Origin: Oscillibacter sp. ER4
GTDB lineage: Bacteria > Bacillota > Clostridia > Oscillospirales > Oscillospiraceae
Direction: 5' to 3'
Assembly: GCA_963623615.1 (NCBI GenBank)
Contig: CAVFND010000001.1
Coordinates: 1-45,132 of the forward strand
Length of the DNA stretch: 45,132 nucleotides
Shown piece by piece: positions 35,949-44,453 of the stretch. The position numbers and the translations under genes were made by a program. The notes beneath the pieces are model-generated. The model was not told the DNA's origin. It saw only the letters and a list, made by a program, of their open reading frames with translations, and searched no databases. Position 1 is the stretch's first letter. Each line of letters opens with the position of its first letter.

Positions 35949-36405
35949 TCGCATCACCTCCCGCATCCTGCGGAACAGGCATTACGGCGGGCAGCTCTGC
36001 CACACCGCACACGCTCTCTCCGCCGTCGTCCTTCTTCTCGTCATTTACCCAGCGGAAGTTGTATTTCAGGCTGAATTCCGCGCCGCGCTGACCGTCTCGG
36101 TCGAATAGCCGTTCTTCCGCGTAAGCCTCGATTCTCGCCTTCGCGCGCAAAACCGTGTGAAGAAACTCTCCCTTGCCCTGATAATCCAAAAGCGCCCTGC
36201 GCGAGGTGAATCCCAACGCCAGCGCAAGCCCCGTCACCGTCGGCGGGTGCTCGTTGATGATAAACGGCTTGCCCCACTTGTCGCAGATCGGGAGCCCGTC
36301 GTCGCCGATAATAGGATCTCCCTTGCAGTCCTCAAAATACTGGTCAATGACGGCCTGCATCTGTTCCACCGTCGCATATTTGGGAGGTCTCCCTGTTTTC
36401 GCCAT
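35935..36405 (-). CDS. terS: Terminase small subunit
   Basis: GRPPKY, PPTVTGLALALGF.SR..LLDY and FSLKYNF motifs; upstream of terL. Confidence 0.85.
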   Translation of the reverse strand: MAKTGRPPKYATVEQMQAVIDQYFEDCKGDPIIGDDGLPICDKWGKPFIINEHPPTVTGLALALGFTSRRALLDYQGKGEFLHTVLRAKARIEAYAEERLFDRDGQRGAEFSLKYNFRWVNDEKKDDGGESVCGVAELPAVMPVPQDAGGDANGEA

Positions 36406-36505
36406 GCCGCCACCGCCTTTCTTTTTTATGCTGCACCCCCCCAGCCCTCGGCCATATCACGCAGCATTCTTATCCCCGCTCGGGGAACCGAGCTTCCTAT
36501 TTCCG

Positions 36506-36539
36506 ACGGTAACACGCCATCTTTTATTTCTCACCACGG
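36506..36539 (-). promoter_or_regulatory. CCGTGGTGA-N19-TACCGT promoter motif upstream of terS
   Basis: Conserved 9-mer and spacing; TG extension. Confidence 0.65.
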
Positions 36540-36661
36540 GCGCGGAAACTTTCTCTCGCCCTTTGTCTGTATAGCAACATACACATAACATAGATACATC
36601 CTGCGTATAGCTCCTTCTCTCCCTATCCCCCTATAATCCCCCTTCCCCTCTCTCCCACGGC

Positions 36662-36696
36662 AAAAACAGAGGCAGGGCAAATGCCCTGCCTCTGTT
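36662..36696 (-). terminator. Terminator ending the early/middle region
   Basis: AACAGAGGCAGGGCA-TT-TGCCCTGCCTCTGTT followed by a T tract. Confidence 0.8.
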
Positions 36697-36738
36697 CCGC
36701 CGTCGCATATTTGGGAGGTCTCCCTGTTTTCACCATGC
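36691..36738 (-). pseudogene. Duplicated 5' fragment of terS (~15 codons)
   Basis: 48-bp copy of 36360-36407 with 2 mismatches (MVKTGRPPKYATAEQ). Confidence 0.8.
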
Positions 36739-37464
36739 TCATCGCCTTTGTATAGAATCCGCATTCTTAATTCGTTTGCTTGCAATCTGAAAGTATTTTT
36801 CATTTAATTCAATCCCGATAAATCTTCGATCCAAATTAACGCACGCAACCCCCACTGATCCGCTACCCATGCAATTATCCAACACGGTTTCTCCCTTTGC
36901 AGTATAGGTTCGAATCAGATATTCCAAAAGTGGCACCGGTTTTTGTGTAGGATGCAGCAATTCGCTGTTAGGCACGCCAGGAAACGAAAGAATGTCTGTC
37001 GGGTAGTACAAATTATTTCTTGCACTTACTTTTACCTGTCTGCCGTAACATTCGCTTTTAGCCGTCCCACCATCCTTGTTTCGATATGGCCCAACTCTCA
37101 TTTCCGGATTGTATGTGCATTGTTTTTCGTAAAACACGCATATGTTTTCTGTTTTTTTTAGAGGCTGCTTTTTTGCGTTCAGAAAGTTCCTGCAATAATG
37201 CTTGTCCCAAATCCACATATAGTGAAAATCGCTCAAATTGCTACATACTAATTCAGCAGTAAAGGGCATCGCTCCAAACAAAACGATTGCCGCGTTCTTT
37301 TTGGTAATCCGTTTATATTGCATCCACAAGGGGGCAAATGGTATTACGGTATCCCATTTATTCTGTGTAATGCCATACGGCAGATCACACAATATCATAT
37401 CGACGCTGCTATCGGGGATTCCACGCATCAATTCTAAACAATCACCGCACTTTAAATCGATCAT
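36739..37464 (-). CDS. DNA N6-adenine/N4-cytosine methyltransferase (beta class)
   Basis: GDCLE, DLPY, HPTQKP and VLDNCMGSGS motifs; visibly AT-richer than the rest of the genome. Confidence 0.9.
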   Translation of the reverse strand: MIDLKCGDCLELMRGIPDSSVDMILCDLPYGITQNKWDTVIPFAPLWMQYKRITKKNAAIVLFGAMPFTAELVCSNLSDFHYMWIWDKHYCRNFLNAKKQPLKKTENICVFYEKQCTYNPEMRVGPYRNKDGGTAKSECYGRQVKVSARNNLYYPTDILSFPGVPNSELLHPTQKPVPLLEYLIRTYTAKGETVLDNCMGSGSVGVACVNLDRRFIGIELNEKYFQIASKRIKNADSIQRR

Positions 37465-37499
37465 TATTTACCATCCCAAAACCAAGTATTTTGTTTCTC

Positions 37500-37937
37500 T
37501 CATGCCTTGCACCCCAGCTTTCTCTTGATCCACGCCCACAGGTTGCGCCACGGGTGGTTCTTCGCGTAGTACGCCTCGAACGCGGCGATCTTATATCTCT
37601 CGACCATCGCGTCGTATTCCCGCTTATGGTATTCCGCAAATGAGGTTTGCTGTGCAGCATCCGCATTCGCCCGTCCAAGCGCTGCCTCGGTGTCAGCGAG
37701 CTTGTTCCGCAGCACATCCGCATCCGCCTTCAGGTTTGCGATCTCGTTTGCCTTGTTGATGGCCTCGCCCGTCATCTGCTCGAGCATATCTGCCTGTACG
37801 GTAATTTTCCGTTTCAGCTCGGCGATCTCTGCGCGCATCCTGTCTTCCAGAATCGCGGATTCTCTCGCTTCCGCCCGCGCTTCCTCCACCATCTTCGCCA
37901 TCTGCTCTTTGGTGTACTCCTTGATGTTGATGCTCAT
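37500..37937 (-). CDS. Coiled-coil hypothetical protein
   Basis: Heptad-rich; AAGGAGG RBS. Confidence 0.7.
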   Translation of the reverse strand: MSINIKEYTKEQMAKMVEEARAEARESAILEDRMRAEIAELKRKITVQADMLEQMTGEAINKANEIANLKADADVLRNKLADTEAALGRANADAAQQTSFAEYHKREYDAMVERYKIAAFEAYYAKNHPWRNLWAWIKRKLGCKA

Positions 37938-38455
37938 TCGTCGTCCTCCTTAGGAAGATCGAGCGCCGGAACGCCGCTCACGCCGCCGACCGCCGTTTGC
38001 AGCAGGAAGCCCAGCAGCTCCCAAACCTTGTTCATGATTCGCTCCATGCAGACCTCTTCGCCCAGCTTCTCGTCGTAGTTCTCCGCGCTCACACAGCTCG
38101 AGCTCTCCACGATCACAAAGCCGTTTTTCAGCACCGCGCGCACAACGGTCGTCTTGCCGCCCATTGTCACGGTCTCGTGATGGTCGATGAATCGCTCGAC
38201 CATTTCCGCGCTGATGCTCGGCGCCGCGGTCTTGAGCTTGCCGTTTACCTCGAGCGGCAGATAGGCGCGCTCGAAAACCTCCGCCGGGCTGAAACTCTCA
38301 TACCCGTCCGCATAGCGCACCTTGTAGCCGCGCTCGGCGACCTGTTCAGCGACCTTTTCGGCAGTGGTGGTCAAATCATCGGTAGAAAGGGTCTCCCCGT
38401 TCACGCGATACGCCTTTTCCGCCTCAATGAGTTTCGTTCCTATGTACTGTTTCAT
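37934..38455 (-). CDS. Two-domain protein: YIGTK/GY.V.Y.DGY.S.SP domain + N4 gp49/Sf6 gp66-family domain (candidate anti-defence sponge)
   Basis: TTVVRAVLKNGFVIVESSSCVSAENYDEKLG...KVWELLGFLL matches the gp49-family signature. Confidence 0.7.
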   Translation of the reverse strand: MKQYIGTKLIEAEKAYRVNGETLSTDDLTTTAEKVAEQVAERGYKVRYADGYESFSPAEVFERAYLPLEVNGKLKTAAPSISAEMVERFIDHHETVTMGGKTTVVRAVLKNGFVIVESSSCVSAENYDEKLGEEVCMERIMNKVWELLGFLLQTAVGGVSGVPALDLPKEDDE

Positions 38456-38488
38456 AGCAAAAATTCCTTTCTTTTTCGCCCGTAGGCG

Positions 38489-38644
38489 TTATTTCATTCG
38501 CAGCTGTTCTTCCTGCCCTCTGTCGCTTGTGATGCTCACGACCTTGCAGTCGCCGTATTGCTCGATATCCATTGCGATACGCTCTTTGATGCCCTGCGCA
38601 TCAGCGGCGGGGACGTTGGCATTAATCGTGATCGTTAGCATCAT
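38489..38644 (-). CDS. Small hypothetical protein
   Basis: AGGAGG RBS before MMLTITINANV. Confidence 0.6.
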   Translation of the reverse strand: MMLTITINANVPAADAQGIKERIAMDIEQYGDCKVVSITSDRGQEEQLRMK

Positions 38645-38969
38645 TTCCTCCTGTTCCGCCGCGCATCTTCGCGCCGCAGTGGGGGCAATGACCCCATGCC
38701 GGGCGCCCCATAACCTCCGCGACACGGGCCTTTTCATTGCAGGCGGTACAGCGATAAATGTCTTCCGATGCCCATTCCCACCGCCCATGTACCACCGGCG
38801 CAACGTCAGCGGCAGGCGCATTTTCGATGCTCGCTATAATATCTTCCGGCTCAAACAAACCATCCGGCAGTTTCTGCGCGCCGCCATAGTAGCCGCCGGC
38901 ATCTGCCCGCCATGTAGGCAAATCCTTGATATGTGCAAGTAGTGTTTCGCGCTCAATGTATTCAGCCAT
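38622..38969 (-). CDS. Zinc-ribbon hypothetical phage protein
   Basis: PAADVAPVVHGRW...CTAC...CPHCGAKM. Confidence 0.8.
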   Translation of the reverse strand: MAEYIERETLLAHIKDLPTWRADAGGYYGGAQKLPDGLFEPEDIIASIENAPAADVAPVVHGRWEWASEDIYRCTACNEKARVAEVMGRPAWGHCPHCGAKMRGGTGGNDANDHD

Positions 38970-38982
38970 TGTCAGCCCTCCT

Positions 38983-39183
38983 TTACTGCAAATACCCGTG
39001 GTGTTTTTTCTTCGCCTCGATGTTGCTTAATATGATGTCCTGCAAATCGAATACGTTAAAATAGCATTTCCACTCGCTCGGGCTGTACAAATGCAAGATG
39101 CAGTTTTGGCACCCTTGCTGCTCACCGCAATACTTTGTGAGTGTTTTTATCGCTTCCACGACTTTCTTGTCACTGATTGCCAT
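38983..39183 (-). CDS. Small Cys-containing hypothetical protein
   Basis: GGAGG RBS before MAISDKKV; YC...CQNC. Confidence 0.65.
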   Translation of the reverse strand: MAISDKKVVEAIKTLTKYCGEQQGCQNCILHLYSPSEWKCYFNVFDLQDIILSNIEAKKKHHGYLQ

Positions 39184-39676
39184 TCTGCGCCTCCAATGCT
39201 TTCTCCGCTGCCTCGCGGGTGAGAAATACGGTTTTGCCAAATGCCCCAAATGGCGCTCCATACGAGCCACACGGATCGCCGACGGGTGTAATAAAGAAAA
39301 CTTTTCGCCAGCCGGCCAAAACCGCGTGTTTGACCTCACACTCTCTCACGTGCTTTTGGTCATCAAGTAGCGCAAATACGTGCTCTCCTGATTGGCACGG
39401 CAGCACGACCACGCGCCCGGCCTTGTCGGCCTCAGCCAGCTCCTTCACTCGGTCAAGGCCTCCGCATTCTCCGATTGTCGTGCAGAGATCGCTCCAATCC
39501 TTTTGAAGTGCTTCCACGCTCTCCGGCGTCAGACCTGTCGCCTCGTAGGCGCGCAAGCCCTCCCGATTTCTCAAATAATCCTCAATGAGCTGCTGCACCA
39601 CAAACCGCTGTGTCATCGGCCATGCCGCGATCTGCTCTTGCAGCTTTTTCAATGCCTCGTCCGAAATCATGCTCAA
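39170..39676 (-). CDS. Hypothetical phage protein
   Basis: LRAYEATGLTPE...GRVVVLPC...GKTVFLTREAAEKAL common phage motifs. Confidence 0.75.
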   Translation of the reverse strand: MSMISDEALKKLQEQIAAWPMTQRFVVQQLIEDYLRNREGLRAYEATGLTPESVEALQKDWSDLCTTIGECGGLDRVKELAEADKAGRVVVLPCQSGEHVFALLDDQKHVRECEVKHAVLAGWRKVFFITPVGDPCGSYGAPFGAFGKTVFLTREAAEKALEAQNGNQ

Positions 39677-39832
39677 TACCTCACTCCGATAAAATCCAGC
39701 ACCCGGCCATAGCCGAGGCCCTTTTCATTGGGCTTCCATAGCCCGTCAGCGGGGTCAAACTCGCCGCCGCCGATGCAGAAGTCATAGTGCTTTGGGTGCG
39801 TCTGCTTCATCCGCTCGAAGCGGTTTTCGCCT
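39673..39832 (-). pseudogene. 3' remnant of a PAPS-reductase-family-like phage gene
   Basis: GENRFERMKQTHPKHYDFCIGGG...GLGYGRVLDFIGVRY resembles the C-terminus of that family; no N-terminal part present. Confidence 0.55.
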
Positions 39833-40139
39833 TGTCGGCCTTTAATAGCTCTCGAATCCGCTCTGCCTTTGACGTATCATCATTAAAGGCAGATTCGACG
39901 ATGGCCTTCGCGTTGGCACACTGCTCCGGCGTCAGCTCCGTGTCCTCATAGGCGGCAAGCGCGCTGTAAAGCTGCCGAATGATCTGCCGCAGCACATCCT
40001 TCGAAACGCCGTTCAGCGCCGGGCCGTTCAGAATCAAGTCCAGCAGCTTCGGCTTCATACCTTCAAGGTCGGCGAGCGGCCCGAGATATTTGCCCACGCT
40101 CTCGTCCACTCTGACCATTTCATTCGTTAATCGTTTCAT
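39807..40139 (-). CDS. Hypothetical protein, probably 3'-truncated
   Basis: MKRLT...LAAYEDTELTPE; ends shortly after ELLKADK. Confidence 0.7.
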   Translation of the reverse strand: MKRLTNEMVRVDESVGKYLGPLADLEGMKPKLLDLILNGPALNGVSKDVLRQIIRQLYSALAAYEDTELTPEQCANAKAIVESAFNDDTSKAERIRELLKADKAKTASSG

Positions 40140-40145
40140 CTGGTG

Positions 40146-41637
40146 TCATTCCTCCCCAAATCTCAATTTCGTCACGGCGATGGGAAACTCTTCGATCTCG
40201 CTCGCCCAGCGCGCCGTGCCTTTGCCGTTGCATCGCTCGAACACCAGCGGAAAGCCGCCGATGCCGTCAAACAGGCTGCCCATCGTAACGGGGCGCAGAT
40301 ACTGCGCGCTGATGCGCTTTGCAAGGAACGACCAGAACGGCAGCGCGATTGAGTTGCCGCAGGCCTTATAGCGCGGGCTGTCCGCGCTGTCGCGCAGCTT
40401 GCCCTTACTGTCGCGCCACTCGCCGATGTCCGTCCATCCGTCCGGATAGCCTTGCAGCCGCTCGCATTCCAGCGGTGTGAGACGACGCACAACCATGTGT
40501 GTGCGAACAACGTTGTTTAGATTCAGGCTTTGCCCGTCGCTCTCTTTAGCTTGCAAGGTCCCGTTGATCTCGCCTCCCTCTGTGAAGTTGCGGCAATCAA
40601 CGCTGCTGATCACTAAATCGGTGCTGTCCTTGTAGTCGCGCTGCTTGCAGCTGCTCGCGACGTCGCCCTCGCGATAATCGCCGAAGCCCTGCATCTGATA
40701 GCATACCACCGGAACCTCGCCGAAAGTATGCAGCGCAGGGCACGGCTTGTCCGGTCCGACGGTGCTGCGGTTGTCCGGTGATGTGATCTGCGCGCGGTCA
40801 AACACCAAGACCGCAGGACATTGATTCAGTCCGCTTAGCACCGCGCCCAGCGTCGGTGCTAATTCCTCGGCGTAGCCGATGCCGTTTGCCTTTGCGCCCT
40901 GCCCCACCTTAAAGGCTGCGCAGATGACCGGCTGGTTGTTTCCGCTCATGCCCGCCGCAGCGGGCAGTGTAGGGGCGTTGTCGTCCGTGCGGATCTCCGC
41001 GCCGCCCTGCTGCGTCGCCATGCAAATCAAGTCATCGCCTGCGCTATCAGCACCCGCTCTAAAATCTCCGGCAGTTTCTTCCCCCGCCGCTCCGCGCGGC
41101 GTAGGATGCCCTGACACGCTTTTCCGCTCAAACGATATTTCTCCTGCGGTGTCTCCTCCAAAATCTGCGACAATCGAGATTCGACGGCGGCGTTGGGGCA
41201 CTCCCCAACGTTGCGCATCGTGCACTCGCCAAGCCACGCTCCATCGTCCGCCCATGCAATCGTGGTAGCCCCCCCCAGGTAGGCCATCCCTTTTCAGGCA
41301 CTTCAATATTGGGGGCTTCCGGCTCGACGATGCGGATGATCTCTTCGAGGACTGCCGCGAAGTCTCGCCCTCCGTTTGAGCTAAAAACTCCGGGGACGTT
41401 TTCCCAGACCATATACCGAGGTCTGACCATGTCACCTGACCGTCCACATGCTCGGTCATGCTCTCTCATCTCCTTTACGATGCGAATCTGCTCCATAAAC
41501 AGCCCGCTGCGCGCGCCCGCAAGACCGGCGCGCTTGCCCGCGACGCTCAAGTCTTGACACGGCGAGCCGCCCGTGATGACGTCCACCGGCTCGATCTCCG
41601 CGCCGTTGATCTTCGTGATATCGCCGAGGTGCTTCAT
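40146..41637 (-). CDS. Circularly permuted C5 cytosine methyltransferase (alpha chain), frameshifted at the G8 tract 41269-41276
   Basis: GGSPCQD, WENV, GVPQRRRR, RRLTPLECERLQG, GNS; motif I SLFDGIGG at the C-terminus; deleting one G yields a 497-codon ORF. Confidence 0.85.
41027..41459 (-). CDS. Overlapping alternative-frame beta polypeptide of the methyltransferase, broken by the same G8 tract
   Basis: MTEHVDGQ...RDGLPGG joins ATTIAW...LSQILEETPQEKYRLSGKACQGILRRA when one G is removed. Confidence 0.6.
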
Positions 41638-41879
41638 TTCCTTCCCTCGCATTCTCCAAACAACTCACGAAACGACATTCCCGTCAAATCTTCCAGCGCC
41701 AGCAGCAGCCGCACCGTTGTGTCGCGGTCGCCGCGCGTCCATGCTGACACCGTAAACTGAGACGTGCCGAGCGATTGCGCCAGCGTGGTCTGGTTGTAAT
41801 TCTCCGCCTCAAGGCACTCCTTGAGCGCCGGATAAACGCAAAACTCAAATGGCGTCTTCGGTCGAACGATCTTGCTCAT
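41634..41879 (-). CDS. XRE HTH protein
   Basis: NQTTLAQSLGTSQFTVSAWTRG. Confidence 0.8.
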   Translation of the reverse strand: MSKIVRPKTPFEFCVYPALKECLEAENYNQTTLAQSLGTSQFTVSAWTRGDRDTTVRLLLALEDLTGMSFRELFGECEGRK

Positions 41880-42316
41880 GCGCGCACCTCCCCGTAGATC
41901 AGTGCGTCGAGCGATATGCCGAGCGCTTCGGCGATGTATAGATATGTCGGCATTTTCGCGTACCACAGCCCCGTTTCAAGATTGTGGATCGTGGTCAGGC
42001 CGACGCCTGACTTGTCCGCGAGGTTTTGCAGTGTCATCTTGCGCAGCTTGCGCCATGCCGAAATGCGCTTGCCGATCTCGCGCTCGGTCGGGATGCCCTT
42101 CGGCATGCCTTCCTCAAGCAGCAGCGCACTCATCGTCACGCCGAGGCCCTTTGCGCACCGGTCAAGCAGCTCTAACGTGGGATATCTCAATCCGGATTCC
42201 CACTGCGTAAGGCTTGTCGTGGCGACGCCGATATCGGCGCTGAAATCGAGCTGTGACAGCCCTTTCTTCTTTCGTAAATCGCGAATGCGATGGCCTAATT
42301 CCAGTTCTGTGATCAT
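41876..42316 (-). CDS. Tandem XRE HTH regulator
   Basis: Two HTH_3 repeats; start trimmed to MITELELG. Confidence 0.85.
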   Translation of the reverse strand: MITELELGHRIRDLRKKKGLSQLDFSADIGVATTSLTQWESGLRYPTLELLDRCAKGLGVTMSALLLEEGMPKGIPTEREIGKRISAWRKLRKMTLQNLADKSGVGLTTIHNLETGLWYAKMPTYLYIAEALGISLDALIYGEVRA

Positions 42317-42332
42317 CTTTTCTTGCTCCCTT

Positions 42333-42512
42333 TTATCTTTTCCTGCGGCGCCGCGCAGCGACATAATCGTCTCTCTCGACGTAATACGCTTTCAGCGCCT
42401 TGTTCCGTTCCTCGCATTTGGCTTTGTCTGCCGCGTAGTGCGGGCAATGGCTTTGACAGCCCGGATGCCTCACAGGCGGCTTGCAGCGGCGGCAATGTTC
42501 AAATGCTGCCAT
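42333..42512 (-). CDS. Small Cys/His-rich protein (59 aa, not in ORF track)
   Basis: GGAGGTG RBS-like; MAAFEHCRRCKPPVRHPGCQSHCPHY... Confidence 0.65.
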   Translation of the reverse strand: MAAFEHCRRCKPPVRHPGCQSHCPHYAADKAKCEERNKALKAYYVERDDYVAARRRRKR

Positions 42513-42513
42513 G

Positions 42514-42960
42514 TTACACCTCGCGGATCGTGATGCCGTACTTGTCCTGCATCAGCTTCTTTTTCAGCTCGTATGCCTGCGTGCGCATCCCTTTCGCGTC
42601 CTCGACCTCGCGCAGCCAGTGCACCGCGCCCGTGATATCCGGCTCTGTTGCCCGCTCGTAAGTAAAATCCGCGCGGTAAACCATCGGCTTGATACGCTCG
42701 CCCTCGATGGTCGTATAGCCCTCCACGAGGGTGAAATTGGCTTGCAGCCTCAGATTGCGAATCTTTCCCATCGCACGTAGAACTTTCAGCTCGCCGAATC
42801 GCGCCGCCTCGCGCTCGGAATCAAACCTGATCCCGTCTCGCACGACCTTGCGATTGCCGTACTTGCTCTTCTTCGGCTTCTGCGCGCCTGCCAGCCTATC
42901 AAGCACCTGCTTCTGCGCCGCAGGCCCGAGCCGCGCGAGGTCAGCCGATGTCAGCGCCAT
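42514..42960 (-). CDS. DUF1064-family PD-(D/E)xK endonuclease
   Basis: SKYGNRK..DGIRFDS..EA, YRADF, EDAKG. Confidence 0.85.
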   Translation of the reverse strand: MALTSADLARLGPAAQKQVLDRLAGAQKPKKSKYGNRKVVRDGIRFDSEREAARFGELKVLRAMGKIRNLRLQANFTLVEGYTTIEGERIKPMVYRADFTYERATEPDITGAVHWLREVEDAKGMRTQAYELKKKLMQDKYGITIREV

Positions 42961-43429
42961 CGTTTACCTCCCGCAAATCGCCCCGAGACGCGCTCTGCGC
43001 ATTTCCATCCTCCGGGGACGTCATTTCACGTTTTTCACCTTTCGAGCGCTCCTGCGCGCTCTCAGAGGCATTTGCGGTGGTTTCCCGCTTGCTGTCCGCG
43101 GGGTCGTCACGCAAACCGACGCCGATGACGTAGTTCTCGCCGTCCCTGCGGGCGTGTACCTCGTACTGCCGGTAGACCTTCCGCACGTCGAATTTCGGCA
43201 GCGTCAAGCGCATCCCGATCGTCAGCCCCGTGTCCTCGTCGATCACGTCCTCGCCGTAGATGATCGCCACCTGCGCAAGCAGCGCATCCGTCGCCATGCT
43301 GATCTCCGCAACGCCCTCCGCGCGGCGTGCGAGCTGCGCGTTGGCCTTCATCAGCTCGCCGACTTTTTTCTGATATCTGCCGAGCTCATGCTCAAGCCGC
43401 TTCACCTTGTCTCTGTTTCTTTCGCTCAT
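42941..43429 (-). CDS. Hypothetical protein
   Basis: GGAG RBS before MSERNRD; coiled-coil N-terminus. Confidence 0.65.
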   Translation of the reverse strand: MSERNRDKVKRLEHELGRYQKKVGELMKANAQLARRAEGVAEISMATDALLAQVAIIYGEDVIDEDTGLTIGMRLTLPKFDVRKVYRQYEVHARRDGENYVIGVGLRDDPADSKRETTANASESAQERSKGEKREMTSPEDGNAQSASRGDLREVNDGADIG

Positions 43430-43632
43430 CGGTTCTCCGTCCTTTCGTAGTGCAGCGTCAGTGCCCGCGCAATGGGGCAGCGCCGCCATTCTTCGCTGGC
43501 GCAGTAGCGCCGCGTGTAATCGTCCAGCTCTTCCTTCGGCAGCGTGAGCTTCGCGCCCTCGCAGTTGAGATGCTCGCGGTAGTCCCGCGAATAATACGGG
43601 CACTTGAAAATCCCCCCGCGATACCCGCTCAT
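43426..43632 (-). CDS. Small Cys-rich hypothetical protein
   Basis: CPYY...CEG...YC...RCPIA; ATGA overlaps on both sides. Confidence 0.7.
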   Translation of the reverse strand: MSGYRGGIFKCPYYSRDYREHLNCEGAKLTLPKEELDDYTRRYCASEEWRRCPIARALTLHYERTENR

Positions 43633-44453
43633 GGCGCACCGCCCGCCAACACCGATTTGACGTGCCGCATGCGCTGGTTCGCCTTATCGCGTCTCAGGCT
43701 GCCGCCCTTGAATACCAGTGGCGTGCACATCTCGAGAATGCGGTCATAGATGCGCTGATAGGTCATGTCTTTCGGCCTGCACAGCTCGTCCAGCGTCAGA
43801 TTCGTCGTGACGATCAGCGGCTTCTTGGCCTTGTAGCGCTCGTCAATGACCGTGTAGACGGTTTCCATCGCATACTCACTGCTGCGCTCTGCGCCGAGAT
43901 CGTCGATCACCATCAGCGGGTAATAATGCACCTGCTCAATGATCTCCTGCTTGTCGTACCTGGCGTTGAGGATGCGGGGGAAGCTCGTAATCATCGCCGG
44001 AATGCCGCGGTCGATAAGCTCGTTGGCGATGCAAGCCGCCGCGAAGGTCTTGCCGTTTCCGGTGTTGCCCCACAGCAGCAAGCCTTGATTTTCGCGCCGC
44101 ATATCGTCCCATGCGTCGGCATAGCGCTTGCACTTGACGATTTCTTCGCTCATCGTTGCCGCATCGAACCGGCACGCCGTCAGGCTCTTGTCTCGGATGC
44201 CGTCAGCACGCAGCGTTTCGATACGCAAGCGCTTCTCGCGGTCAGCACGGGCTTTCTTCTCCGCCTCGTACTCTCGCGCCGCACAAGCGCACTGACAGCC
44301 GACAAGGCGAACGTCTTTGCCGAGCGGGATACGGCACTGCTTCGGCGTGTTGCAATGGCCGCAGTACAGCAGCCCGTCTTTCTCGTAGTCGACCGGATCG
44401 CGCACAGGCCCGGCCTTTTTCGCGATGCTGCCAATCAATGCGTCAACGTTCAT
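43629..44453 (-). CDS. DnaC/IstB-like helicase loader ATPase
   Basis: GNTGNGKT Walker A, IDDLGAE Walker B, IVTTN and RIYDRI motifs. Confidence 0.92.
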   Translation of the reverse strand: MNVDALIGSIAKKAGPVRDPVDYEKDGLLYCGHCNTPKQCRIPLGKDVRLVGCQCACAAREYEAEKKARADREKRLRIETLRADGIRDKSLTACRFDAATMSEEIVKCKRYADAWDDMRRENQGLLLWGNTGNGKTFAAACIANELIDRGIPAMITSFPRILNARYDKQEIIEQVHYYPLMVIDDLGAERSSEYAMETVYTVIDERYKAKKPLIVTTNLTLDELCRPKDMTYQRIYDRILEMCTPLVFKGGSLRRDKANQRMRHVKSVLAGGAP

